From contig NC_090338.1 in the NCBI RefSeq assembly GCF_035084215.1, positions 7,874,001 to 7,938,000 of the forward strand: a stretch of DNA of 64,000 nt, read 5' to 3'. This stretch comes from Heptranchias perlo. Its lineage: Eukaryota. The notes beneath the pieces are model-generated. The model had not been told where the DNA came from, made no database searches, and saw only the letters and a list, made by a program, of their open reading frames with translations. Shown one piece after another: positions 1 to 11,922 of this stretch (position 1 is the first letter of the stretch; the number at the start of each line of letters is the position of its first letter). Position numbers and translations under genes: made by a program.

Positions 1-70
1 TTTGCGCATTCAGACATTTGCTTTCACTTGCCTAACTCCAAAGCTTTAACAATGTATAAGGTAGATAAGA

Positions 71-632
71 TTCCCCAATGTCTTTCCACCATCTACAAGG
101 CACTAGTCAGGCATGTGATAGAATATTCTCCACTTGCTTGGTTAGGTGCAGCTCCAACAACACTCAAGAAGCTCAACACCATCCAGGACAAAGCAGCCTG
201 CTTGATTGGCGTTCCATCCACCACCTTAAATATTCACCATCTCCACCACTGGCACACCGTGGCTGCAGTGTGTAACATCTATAAGTTGCACTGCAGCAAC
301 TTGCCAAGCCTTCTTCAACAGCACCTCCCAAACCCGCAACCTCTACCACCTGGAAGGACAAGGGCAGCAGGCGCATGGGAACAACACCACCTGCACGTTC
401 CCCTCCAAGTCACACACCATCCTGACTTGGAAACATATTGCCGTTTCTTCATCGTCGCTGGATCAAAATCCTGGAACTCCCTACTTAACAGCACTGTGGG
501 AGAACCTTCACCTCATGGACTGCAGCGGTTCAAGAAGGCGACACATCACCACCTCCTCAAGGGTAATTAGGGATGGGCAATAAATGCTGGCCTTGCCAGC
601 GATGCCCACATCCCATGAATGAATAAAAAAAA
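71..632 (+). mobile_element. 5'-truncated copy of the CR1-group (Zenon-like) LINE 'family Z', 3' end with poly(A)
   Basis: ORF2 C-terminus (...TIQDKAACLIG...HHHLLKGN*), 3' hairpin GCTGGC-CTT-GCCAGC, AATAAA and A-tail; same family as 11923-15128. Confidence 0.85.
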
Positions 633-635
633 GAA

Positions 636-915
636 TGGAGGAATCAAGAACCGGAGACATCATCTTAAAATTAGAGCCAGGCCATTTAGGAGTGAAATCA
701 AGAAATGCTTTTTCACACAAAGGGTAGTGGAGATCTGGAACTCTCCCAAAAGTCTGTGGACAATTGGAGCTTTCAAGACTGAGATTGGTAGATTTTTGTT
801 GGGCAAGGGTATCAAGCAATATGGAGCACAGGCAGGTATATGGAGTTGAGGTGCAGGTAAGCCATGATCTAATTGAACGGTGGAGCAGGCTGCAGGGGCT
901 GAGTGACCTCCTCTG
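636..915 (+). mobile_element. Canonical CR1 LINE 3' fragment
   Basis: Encodes RARPFRSEIKKCFFTQRVVEIWN...FKTEIGRFL, the CR1 ORF2 C-terminus, followed by the CR1 3'UTR. Confidence 0.8.
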
Positions 916-1346
916 GTTATTATGTATAAGATGCAGCAAGTGTGCATTTGTGCTAAATTTGTTTGAGTTGACTCCCATTATCATTATATGTGTGATTAAA
1001 TTGATTTCCAGATACAGACATTGAACTGTGTTTATCTCTGTTTCCACTTATTAGTAGGAGGGAAAAAATTCTATCGCATTTTCTTCTGCTGCGGGGCATT
1101 GAAAATATTTCCACACAGTGAAGTGGCCGATCACCTGCATCCATTGAATTTCCTTATATCTTCAACAGCACAGTAGCAAATGCAGTCCATGTAATTTCCT
1201 TTCCAGAGTGAATACTATCAGCAGGAAGGATTGTCCTTTTAGTTCATTTTTTTTTGTGTGATGCTGTCTGTAAAAATGTTTATTTTATGATCGTGTTTAA
1301 ACGATGATAATTTCAGAATACAACACCATAGCCGGTACTCTAAATA

Positions 1347-2305
1347 AAGAAAATATACTTGGATTTATATAGCACCTTTCATGGCCTCAGGACGTCTCAA
1401 AGCGCTCTACAGCCAATGGAGTACTTTTGAAGTGTAGTCACTGTTGTAATGTAGAAAACACGGCAGCCAATTTGCGCACAGCAAGATCCCACAAACAGCA
1501 ATGTGATAAATGACCAGATGAAGGATTTGCAGGGTTATAACACCCATTTTGAAATGAGGAGTTGCATTTACATAGTGCCTTTTCACATCTTATAAATGCC
1601 TACTCATGTTTTATGTATGATTAATTTTGTTGAAGTGCAGTGACGGTTGTTACGTGAACGAATGCAGCAACTATATTGCACACAGCAAGATCCCACAAAC
1701 TGACCACCCATTGAGTGATCAGTTAATCTGCTTATGGTATTGTCGATTGTGGGAGGACTGTTGGCCAGAACACTCTTTGCTCTTCTTTGAATAGTGCCAT
1801 GGGATCATCAGCATTTACCTGAACCACTGCAACAGGCAGATAGGGCCTCAGTTTAACACCTCACTTCAGGAATAACACATCTAACAACAGAGCACTTCCT
1901 CAATACTGCACCTGAATGTCAGCCTGCATTTTGAACTCCAGGCCTGCAGGGGACTTGAACCCACAACCATCTGACTCCGAGCCAATAGGAACATTTTTTT
2001 CCTAATATATAAAAAAAATGAAAACAAACGTAAGCAAATTTGTGCTGAACAAAAGAAAAGAATTTTAAAGCAGGACCTGTGCCTTCAAGAAAGAACTTGC
2101 TTTTATGTAGCACCTTTCATGAGCTCAGGATGTCCCAAAGCAGTTCAAATCCAATTAAGTACTTTTGAAGTGTTGTAGTCTCTGTTGTAATGTAGGGAAA
2201 TCTGGCAGCCAATTTGCGCACAGCAAGGTCCCACAAAGAGCGAAGAAATAAATGACCAGATAATCTTTTTTTGGTGGTGTTGTTTGATGGATAAATGTTA
2301 ATGTG
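1347..2305 (-). mobile_element. Cluster of three Deu-domain SINE (SacSINE1/AmnSINE1-like) pieces: ~1347-1520, ~1560-1985, ~2085-2305
   Basis: Each matches the reverse complement of 47886-48308 (GCAGCCAATTTGCGCACAGCAAG, GTACTTTTGAAGTG, L2-like tail). Confidence 0.75.
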
Positions 2306-3354
2306 CATTAGTCTAGATTAATCCCGGAGGAATTTTAAGAGCATGGGTAAAAGTACGCTAATGTTAATGCACCATAATGGTATACATTGCGCATATTTAG
2401 CTTGAGTAAGCTTTAATGCTGTAGGAATTTTAACCCCATAGATAATGATGTATATTGAATTGCTGAATAGAGTATTTAATCCATGAGTGAGGGGGACCAT
2501 GTAGCTTATAAGTGACAAAGGATCATAATGCAGGACACAGCCAAGGTTGAAATGAGATGAGATAAGTGAAGAAGTAAGGTTAGGTTGATGCCACGCTTGG
2601 ATTGTAAAAGCCTGTAGATTGCATGGGGAAGAGAAGACCAAGGCATTATGACCAAAGCATTGTACAGTGTTGAGTTAGGAAACAACAACTTGCATTTATA
2701 TAGCGCCTTTAACGTCGTAAAACGTCCCAAGGCACTTCACAGAAACATTATCGAACAAAATTAGACACAGAGCCAGCATCCATAATAGGACAGGACAAAA
2801 GAGGCATTGAAATTTTTGCAACATATGGCAAGGCAGATCACCTGTATTGTCTCTGTTCCATTTATTACAGAGTGCTGGGGGAATAATTGTTGTCCACACA
2901 AAACAAAAAAACATTCCATCAGCAAAGAATTGCAAAATAGAATGAAATAACATTTTCAGCATTTTTGTATCAATACTGTTGGCAGTGTGGGTGGGCACTA
3001 TGAATATTCAGTGTTGTTCGTTGGTCAGGCTCTTGGCATGATGGATGGGGGCTACCTGGATGATGATTTTTCCTCACATTACTTTTGTTGAAGAGCTCCT
3101 TCAGTTTCAATTGCTGCAACATTTCGAATACATTCATGTATTTGTGTTGTTGAAACTTGTGTCATGACAACAAGGATGATTGACATAACATCACTGCTTA
3201 GTAAGGAAAGCTCAGAGCGTTCATTAAATAAAAATAAGAGAGTGAAGGTGGACAAAATGTAAAACAAAAAATCAACAAAACAAATGATCAAATATAAGGT
3301 ACGTAAAGCAGAGGGGAATATGATTGTACCTCAGTGAACCTTCTAGATGGGCTA

Positions 3355-3815
3355 AGGTGTCCATCCATACCAGTTCCTGCTCACCCATCACCCCTGTGCT
3401 CGCTGACCTAAAATGATTCACGGTCCACCAATGCCTCAAATTTTAAATTTTCATCCTCGTATTCAAATCCCTCCACGGCTTCATCGCTCCTTATCTCTGT
3501 AACCTCCTCCAGCCCTACAACCCTCCGGGAGCTCTGTGCTCCAATTCTGGCCTCTTATGCACCCCCCACTTCCTTCACCCCACCATTGGCGGCTGTAGCC
3601 TTTAGCCGTCTAGGCCATAAGCTCTGGTATTCCCTCCCTAGAAGTCTCCACCTCTCTCTTCTCTTTTAAGACCGTCCTTAAAACTTACCTCTTTGACCAA
3701 GCTTGTAGTCTTCTTCTTTGGCCCGGTGTCAATTTATGCCTGATTGTGTTCCTCTGAAGCAACTTGGGATGTGTTCCTATGTTAAAGGTGCTATCAAAAT
3801 GCAAGTTGTTGTTGT
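3355..3815 (+). mobile_element. L2 LINE 3' fragment
   Basis: Matches the 3' part of 39785-41130; ends in ATGCAAGTTGTTGTTG tail. Confidence 0.8.
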
Positions 3816-5363
3816 TGCTGTTGTTCAGCCACAGGAGGGATACTGATGACCGTGAAGCTTGTGAATGGATGAGTGTGACGGCCAACAGGAGAGACGTGAA
3901 AGCAGATCATGTGGCCCATGATTTCCTTACTATTGCAGCTAAAGTCATAGACAAGTGGAAGCTAGAAGCTGTTAGCCACTCATCCATAATGCATAGTCCT
4001 GTTAAGGTAACTGCAAAGGAAGGGGGACCTCTTAGCCAAAAGTGGAGAGCTTTTAAAGGGAAACGTGAAGTCTCTTCAATGTAATCAGGAGCTGCTGGAA
4101 AGGGGTATTATATTGCAGTGCACCTAGAAGCCAGGAGATATATTAGAGACATAAGGCAGGATGAGCTGTGTTTATCTAGAAGCGTGTGCAATTTCACAAA
4201 AAAATATTCTAAATTGATTTTTTTTGTTGGCAATGGTCATAGCAGTTACAACATGGAAACAGGCCCTTCGGCCCAACATGTCCATGTCGCCCAGTTTATA
4301 CCACTAAGCTAGTCCCAATTGCCTGCACTTGGCCCATATCCCTCTTGTCATTAATCATGTCAAAAGGGTTGTCTGGCCCAGTGCCAATGAGTGACCTGTG
4401 AGGACATCTTTGGGGTCTGGAGAAAAGACAATACTGAGTTGAAGTCTGAACCAAGAAGTCATATTATGGATCCACTTGCATGGAGACCGGAGAAACTGGT
4501 GCATAGAATGAAGACCATAATCAAACTGTTTGATTGAACGATGTGGGCCTTCAGTCATGTTGTAGAGTTTGGCCAGATGGTAGTGTTCTTGCTTGGGAGC
4601 CTAGAAGATCATAGGTTCAAACTCTATTCCAGGACTTAAACATGTTGGCCCTGAAGTTCTACTGGTTCCCTGCTGCAACTTCTACACAAGAGTAACACCA
4701 GCCCCACTTCCATATTCCAAACACATGAAATAATAACCACATATGTTGTGTGTACAGTTGGAGCCTGCTTGAATAATGAATCTGTTTTGGGAATAAAACT
4801 TACTCATTTAAGTGAGCTATTCATTTATCAGATAGTCATTTATCTGAGCATTACTGCACTAAACGCAGCAGCCAGAATGATTGACACATGCATTGGAATT
4901 TTATGTTCTGGTTTGATTGCGCGGAGGGACTCGAAGGCTACTTTGAGTAATGCAGCAGACATTGCACTGAGTTTACTGGTGCACGTAAGACTAATGATTA
5001 TGTTCTGAATAGTGGCAGTTATTTTAAAAGTGCAATTAGACTCAAAATTCGAGCGGTCAGCCAAATTTAAGCGACCTATTTTGTTTTCAAGCTTGGTTGT
5101 GGGCAAATTCCGCAGAGATAATAAAACAGTCAATTCCACAGAATTCATGCGAAAGCTGCCCATAGTTTTTCTATTAAGTCTATTCATCACCTGGGATCCT
5201 GAGGGTTTCTATTGACTTCATTGCAAATCTGTTCTCAGCCCGTTGCTGAAACAGTGAAATTGCAATTGTATTTCCACGTGTTTAATGGTTTCATCTGATC
5301 GCTATGTTTTCATCAATTGTTTACTGTTTGATCTGCATCTAACTTTCATATATGTGTAGGGGG

Positions 5364-5719
5364 TGGGGTTACCAACTCTGGTTGGACATATTCCTGGAGG
5401 TTACATCATGTGAAATCTCGCCTCCAATGTCCCCGTCCCCATTGGTCGCCCAACAGGTCCATCCTTGTGTGGCCCCGCCTTCCCGCCCCAATTTGAAAGC
5501 AATCAGGCTCTTCATTATCTGATTGGATGATTCTTAACAGTGAGGCAAACTGGCCTTTTTCCAATGTCCAGTATTTTTCTAACTAAGGAATAAATGTTTT
5601 CAAAGAAAGTGCAAAAAACCCCCACATACTTTTTAACTATCACCTATCATTTTCTCCCGGGTTGCTCGCAGAAGTGTCTTGGAGATTAATTTTTAATTCC
5701 TGGAGGGTTGGCAACCCTA
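5364..5719. mobile_element. MITE / non-autonomous DNA transposon with (T)AGGGTTGCCAAC-type TIRs (possibly hAT)
   Basis: Left end GGGGTTACCAACTCT, right end AGGGTTGGCAACCCTA (imperfect inverted repeats). No TSD seen. Confidence 0.55.
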
Positions 5720-6179
5720 GACACGTGTGTATAAAGGTATCAAGGAGCATTTCCCTCCAGCCTTCCTCCCTGTTCAGTTCGAGAACAGGCAGCCATGTCA
5801 TGCTCCAAACATTCTGTACAAATGTGAACATTTTTCACATGATAAACATATCTCCTGTTTGCAATGTAGATTTTATATTTCAGTTTTCCTTCCCCTTCCT
5901 TTCGTGAAGCTACATGACAGACCCAAGGGCACTGGCTACCCTTCTGGTGCCTTGACTAAGAGACCACTCTGCATGAACGAGTGAGGACAGAACTTTCCTT
6001 GATCCTCAGATGCCAGGGTGACTTATCGGAAAATCACATGTGCTTCGCCCGTGATTTGCTGTCCATTGACATTAAGGAAGTTTTCCAACAAGTTGGCAGC
6101 TGCTTGTGAGGCCCCTGCAAGTGGGGTGGGGCCTCGGAACGTTGTCTCCGGAGTGTCAGCAAGATGTTCTGCCGTGGTG

Positions 6180-6450
6180 GGTGAATCACAGCTGAACCTG
6201 ATTCTGACCTCATCTGATGTTCATGAGCTTGTGCACTTTCCAGTTGGGGGGTGGGGGGATTAATAGATAATAAAGGAAAGGGGACTCTTACTGACATTTC
6301 CCCCCCCCCTTCCCTAGCTCTGGGCTGCAGAGACCAAATCTAGCACCACTCTGGCTGAAATCAGCTGACTCAGCAAAGGCCATAGAGTCAACCTGAGACT
6401 TTCCTGGTTTGTATGGCTCAGTTCCACAGAGAAGTGAAATTCCAACTGAG
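6180..6450 (-). mobile_element. Old tRNA-derived SINE (AmnSINE2-like) remnant
   Basis: Shares TCAGCT(G/A)ACTCAGCA and nearby blocks with 38950-39360 and 47640-47840; family assignment from memory. Confidence 0.4.
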
Positions 6451-6519
6451 CCTGAGCTTTTTTATTTATTTTCAGTTGAAAAAGAAATGGCACTCACTAG
6501 TAGCAGATACACTAGTGTA

Positions 6520-7160
6520 GGAACATAGGAACATTAGGAACAGGAGTAGGCCATTCAGCCCCTCGAGCCTGCTCCACCTTTCAATTAGAGCATGGCTGAT
6601 ATGCACCTCAACCCCATTTTCCTGCCTTTGCTCCATATCCCGCGATGCTCTTACCCAACAAAAATCCAACGATCTCAGTCTTGAAAGCTCCAACTGTCCC
6701 CCAGCATCCACAGCCTTTTAGGGGAGAGAATTCCAGATTTCTACTACCTTTTGTGTGAAAAAACGTATCCTGATTTCACTCCTAATGGACTCGCTCTAAT
6801 TTTAAGATCATGCCCCCTTGTTGTTGATTTCCCCACCAGAGAAAATAGTTTCAGTTATTTACAAATAGTATCTACCCTATCAAATCCTTTTAACATTTTA
6901 AACACCTGGATCAAATCACCCCTCAATCTTCTATACTCAAGGGAATACAAGCCAAGTTTATGCAACCTGTCCTCACAATTTAAACCTTTTAGCCCCAGTA
7001 TCATTCTGGTGAATCTGGGCTGCATTCCCTTTAAGACCAATGTATCGTTGGTGAGGTGTGGTGCCGAAAACTGAATGCAATGCTCCAGATGGGGTCTGAC
7101 CAACTCTATAGAACTGAGGGATAATTTCTTCCTCTCTGTATTTCAGCTCCCTTGCGATAG
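6520..7160 (-). mobile_element. CR1 LINE 3' fragment
   Basis: Minus-strand ORF VRPHLEHCIQF...LGLYSLEYRRLRGDLIQVFK; GAACATAG repeat tail at 6520. Confidence 0.85.
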
Positions 7161-7594
7161 AATAGGGGAGCAGAAGGATTCACAGAGTGACAGATTGAAC
7201 AGACAAGTATGGTAAAACACAGGTATTGATTGCTGGACACTTGAGGAATGAGTTAAATTTGGGGAGAAATGTGTTTGTATTGGAAGAGGGCTGTCATTCT
7301 CCAACACCATTTTAGCCAGTGGCGTATTCTCCTAGAACCTGCACAAAGCACAATGTATTAAGATGTTCTTTATAAATTTAGGTTTGTTGATTTAACCGGT
7401 CACTTGCTGTTAATCTCAGCTTACCACACTGACAGGTTTCTGCCTTCATCTGTAATGATAGCTTGCTATTACCAAAAATTATTTTTAAAATATTTAAAAT
7501 ATGTGACACATTTGAGCTCCAGTGTAACAAGAGAATGTCCTGGGATCTGAGACTCTTGGCTGGAGACGAATCATGGAGATTTGGACCTGGGGAA

Positions 7595-8015
7595 AGAAAG
7601 AACTTGTATTTATATAGCGCCTCAGGACGTCCCAAAGCACTTTAAAGCCAATGAAATGTTTTTGAAGTGTAGTCACTGTGTGCTATGGGAAAAGGCAGCC
7701 AATTTCCCATAGCACATGGCAAGATCCCACAAACTAGCAATGTGATAATGACCAGGTAATCTGTTTTAGGTGTTGATTGAGGGATAAATATAACTCCTCT
7801 GCTCTTCTTTAAATAGTGCTATGGGATCTTTTACGTCCACCTGAGAGGTCAGATAGGTTGAATGTCCTTTCCAAATGATGGCACCTCTGATACTGCAGCA
7901 CTCCCTCAGTACTGCGCTGAGAGTGTCAGCCTGGATTATGTGTTCAATTCTCTGGAGTGGGTCTTGAGCCCACAACCTTCTAACTCAGAGAGCGTTACCA
8001 CTAAACCCAGGCTGA
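7595..8015 (-). mobile_element. Near-complete Deu-domain tRNA SINE
   Basis: Reverse complement of the 47886-48308 family, including the head (GGGTCTTGAGCCCACAACC) and CACTCCCTCAGTACTGC core. Confidence 0.8.
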
Positions 8016-8059
8016 TATAGAAAGCAAGAAAGCACAGACGTTGTGAGTTTTGAAGGCTT

Positions 8060-8380
8060 CCTCATGCGTGGCAGAGCGTAAGGAAACGTGCAACTGTAGG
8101 TAAAAGGTGAAACAAGGTGGGAGAAGGGATCAAATGTTGTGAGCCCCTTGGGGGTAATGGATGAAGGAGAGCTGCACATATAAAGATACTGCAAGGATTA
8201 GATGGAAGCAGGTAGCTTACCTTGGCTACTCTGATGAGGTTGTTAAACTTCTTCCTACACTGCAAAGTAGCCTTGAGAGTCAAAGAGATTGCAGTCACTG
8301 TCACTGCGACCTGGCTCCACCAAGTGCGGATGATGTGCTTCATGGCTTTCCTGCTCCTTGAATCCAAGTAGCCCATGCCT
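8060..8380 (-). mobile_element. Harbinger/PIF Myb-SANT-like gene remnant
   Basis: Peptide WWSQVAVTV...TLQCRKKFNNLIRVAKV resembles the Myb/SANT (MSANTD-type) W...QCRKRFNDL motif. Confidence 0.6.
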
Positions 8381-8447
8381 CCTTCAAGCAGCAGCAGATT
8401 CTGAGGGGGGGGGGGGGGGGGGGGTGGAGGTAGGAGTGTGTGTGTAT

Positions 8448-8560
8448 GAAATTGGGCTTTGACGGAAGTGCAAAACGGGCGATAGCGAATCGGAAGCCCA
8501 TTTTACACTCGCCCTATTCTTTTCCATTAAAGTCAACGAAAGTTGAAGCCAATTTCACCG
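8448..8560. mobile_element. Short palindromic MITE
   Basis: Ends TGAAATTGGGCTT ... AAGCCAATTTCA are imperfect inverted repeats. Confidence 0.5.
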
Positions 8561-10087
8561 CCCCCCCCCCCCCCCCCCGATATCCTGCTACTGCACCAGG
8601 TCACGGCCTCTCCCACTTCCATTTTTCCTCTTGGCTAGCCATTTAGGATGCTAACCACTACTTCTGCAAGGGTTTTCACCCCCCCCCACCCCAACACATA
8701 ACCCACCCCCACTCCCGCAGCATGTCCGAGACAATACAGGTTGGATTTGTACAGCCTGCTCTCTTCTTCATGTGTTAATTGCCTGACCCTGTGGTTAAGG
8801 TTCGGGATCAGGACCGGGACATTATGGCAGGTAAAAGCCGCATCCTGTTTCACTTCTGGCAGCACAACAGTGTCATTGGAATTTCAGGGCCCTACTCTCT
8901 AGTCTTCCTTAAGGCTTGCTTTTGAACTTGTAACCTTTAGCACTACGATCAAAGTCCAAGTCAAATAGTCTATCTAGAACTTCATAATTTATGTTTCTCA
9001 GCATTTTAAAGACCTGAATCACATCTCTCAATTTTCTTTTCTCTGGTGAAACAAGTTCAGCTCCATGGATATTGCTTCATAATTTAAAGCCTGAGGGTTT
9101 GGATACGCCCTAATTACACTGCTCTTATTTTTCTCCAGGACAGTTTTATTAATTCAACCTAAGTTTATTTGGCAGAATTAACCTCTTTTAAAAAAATCTA
9201 GTCAAATATCTGGATAAGAACGGGATTGGAAGTATTAAAGATAAGTACAGACAAAGATCAAATATTGGATGGAATTCTATGGTTCCCACTCTGCTGGGAC
9301 CATGGAAGTTTTTTCTGTGAGCTGCAACCACTTGAGGACCAATGACATCTTGATTTTGGGGATCAGTTTTGCAAAGTTTTATGTTCTTGGAAATGATATC
9401 ACTTCTTTTGGTTTATAAATAAGTTAGGGAAAGTTCATTGTACATTTTTTTCAGATCTGTTCAAAGAAGTGGGATCAAATGGCCTTGTCCTAGGACCCAC
9501 TACATTCTCTTCTAAACCTGTTAAAATGTCTAACAATTCACCAGTACCTGATGCTATCCCTTTAGTAGAGATGACTGCTTTTTGCTTTTGTTAGTTGTTG
9601 ATTCAACTGCCAGTCTGGGCTGGGTTCAATCTGTGACAACACAGCTAAAGAGATGTTGTTCTAATCCACTGATTGCATCCAATCCCTCGTAAGAACTCTT
9701 CCCTAATTGACTGCATGATGATGTCTTTTTGGTAAGTCTAACGTTTGAGAAAGATACTCCACAGTGTAGACTTTCAGCATGATAAGCTGACATCACATAC
9801 CGGCCAAGCTACAATAGCACAGCTGTACATGAATAAACATATAGCCAGTTTGCAAATGAGTGGTATGTTCTGATTAAGATTTTCCTAGTCTACAAGTAAT
9901 GTTGTCCACTTTTCTAAGCCTAAGGTAGTTCTGAAGCACATGCATGTTCTTGGTATAGATTTTCACTAGGCCCATATTTCTACATTAGAAACAAATACCC
10001 TTTTTGTCAGGTACTCAATTCTTTTAAGGCACAGCAGTACCCTACAGTGCCAACTGATTGACTATAATGCTATTACTAAGTTCGATT

Positions 10088-10650
10088 ATTTGGCCTCAGG
10101 TAGAGTACTGTGTACAGTTCTGGTCACATTACAGGAAAGATATGATTGCACTAGAGAGGGTACAGAGGAGATTTACGGGAATGTTGCCAGGACTGGAGAA
10201 TTTTAGCTGTGAGGAAAGATTGGATAGGCTCGGGTTGTTTTCTTTGGAACAGAGGCGGCTGAGATTTAATTGAGGTGTATAAAATTATGAAGGGCCTAGA
10301 TAGAGTGGCAAGGAAGGACTTGTTTCTCTTAGCAGAGAGGCCATAAACCAGGGGGCATAGATTTAAAGTAATTGGTAGAAGGATTAGAGGGGAGTTGAGG
10401 AGAAATTTTTCCACCCAGAGAGTGGTGGGGGTCTGGAACTCACTGCCTGAAAGGGTGATAGAGGCAGAAACCCTCATCACATTTAAAAAGTACTTGGATG
10501 TGCACTTGAAGTGCCGCAGCCTACAAGGCTATGGACCAAGAGCTGGAAAACGGGATTAGGCTGGATAGCTGTTTTTCAGCTGGCACAGGCACGATGGGCC
10601 TAATGGCCTCCTTCTGTACCATAAATTTCTATGATTCTATGATTCTACGT
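10088..10650 (+). mobile_element. CR1 LINE 3' fragment
   Basis: Encodes PQVEYCVQFWS..LERVQRRFT..LGLFSLEQRRLR; ends in (TTCTATGA)n tail. Confidence 0.85.
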
Positions 10651-10669
10651 TACCAGAACAGAGAGGTTA

Positions 10670-11095
10670 CAACTATTTGGAAAGACTGAACAGACTGGGG
10701 CTCTTTTCTCTAGACCTAATATAGTTCTTTAAAATTATGAAGGGGTTTGACAGGGTAGACGTGGAGAAGATGTTTCCGCTTGTGGGAGAGTCCAAAACTA
10801 GGGGCCATAAATATAAGATAGTTACTAACAAATCCAATAAAGAATTCAGGAGAAACTTCTTCAGCAAGAGAGTGGTTAGAATTCAGAACTTGCTACCACA
10901 TGGAGTGGTTGAGGCGAATAGCATTTAAGGGAAAGCTCGATCAGTACATGAGGGAGAAAAGAATAGAAGGATATGCAGATAGGGTGAGATGAAATAGAGA
11001 GGGAGGAGGCTTGAGTAGAGAATATACACCAGCACACACCAGTTGGACTGAATGGCCTGTTTCTGTGCTGTGAATTCTATGTAATGCTATGCAAT
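10670..11095 (+). mobile_element. CR1 LINE 3' fragment (second subfamily)
   Basis: Encodes MKGFDRVDVEKMFPLVGESKTRGHKYKI...; ends in an ATTCTATG-like tail. Confidence 0.8.
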
Positions 11096-11259
11096 GATAC
11101 AGCACCCTCAGTGGATATCAGATGGGCGTAAGTAACACCAGTGCTATTGAGGCACATTGTCAGGCTCCATGCACTCCCACATCCATTTTATTAAATTGAT
11201 ATTTTTCTTTGGTTCACAAGGCCACTTTCGTAGCATGTAGGTCTTCATGAATATAACAT

Positions 11260-11421
11260 ATGTAAAGAATCTTACAACACCAGGTTATAGTCCAACAATT
11301 TTATTTGAAAATCACAAGCTTTCGGAGGCTTGTGATTTTCAAATAAAATTGTTGGACTATAACCTGGTGTTGTAAGATTCTTTACATTTGTCAACCCCAG
11401 TCCATCACCGGCATCTCCACA
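11260..11421. mobile_element. Penelope-like element fragment forming a perfect 60-bp-arm palindrome, with a 15-bp TSD
   Basis: Arms 11260-11319 and 11328-11387 are exact reverse complements around an 8-nt loop. Direct repeat TCATGAATATAACAT at 11245-11259 and 11422-11436. Confidence 0.8.
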
Positions 11422-11922
11422 TCATGAATATAACATGACTAACTGTCACATGTTTGCAATCATGATTTGTGTTTATAAATTACTGGCTAATCTCCTGTGT
11501 TATAATCTGGGGTGAGTCTGGGGTCTGGAGAATGACTGTGACATTAGCTGCGAAGACAAAGCTGTGTTCAATTTGGCCTGTAGCTTTAAGGTTACTCCCC
11601 AGGTACTGTCTGTGGGAAAGTTATCTAAATAGGCAGATTCTGAGGTTAACTGGAAGCTAATTATTGAAAGAAGTTTCTGTAAATTGGCAGTTGATTGGTA
11701 ACAGGCCAGGTTATCAAATTAGATTCTAGCTGGAAATGACTGGCTTTTTTCCTTCTTTTTTATAAATATTTTTGATGTTTGATGTCTGAAGTGTGTGCTA
11801 TACAATATATTAAAAATCTTACATCTGCATGTACTTTCTGTAAACTTTTTCCCATAATAAATTCTTATGTCCACTTTTATAATAGAAACTGCTATGTAAA
11901 CCTATCACTCTGAAAATGATAT

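Noticed and set aside
28-570. 180-aa ORF and similar ORFs (14550, 21885, 40436, 50876, 51615, 55040) as host genes
   Set aside because: All are fragments of LINE ORF2 repeated within the window.
8405-8578. G20 and C18 runs flanking a MITE as a functional structure
   Set aside because: Homopolymers are common and error-prone in assemblies; there is no supporting evidence.
9240-9690. Possible LF-SINE-like or L1 remnant
   Set aside because: Only a weak head-like similarity at ~9600-9690, too decayed to assign.
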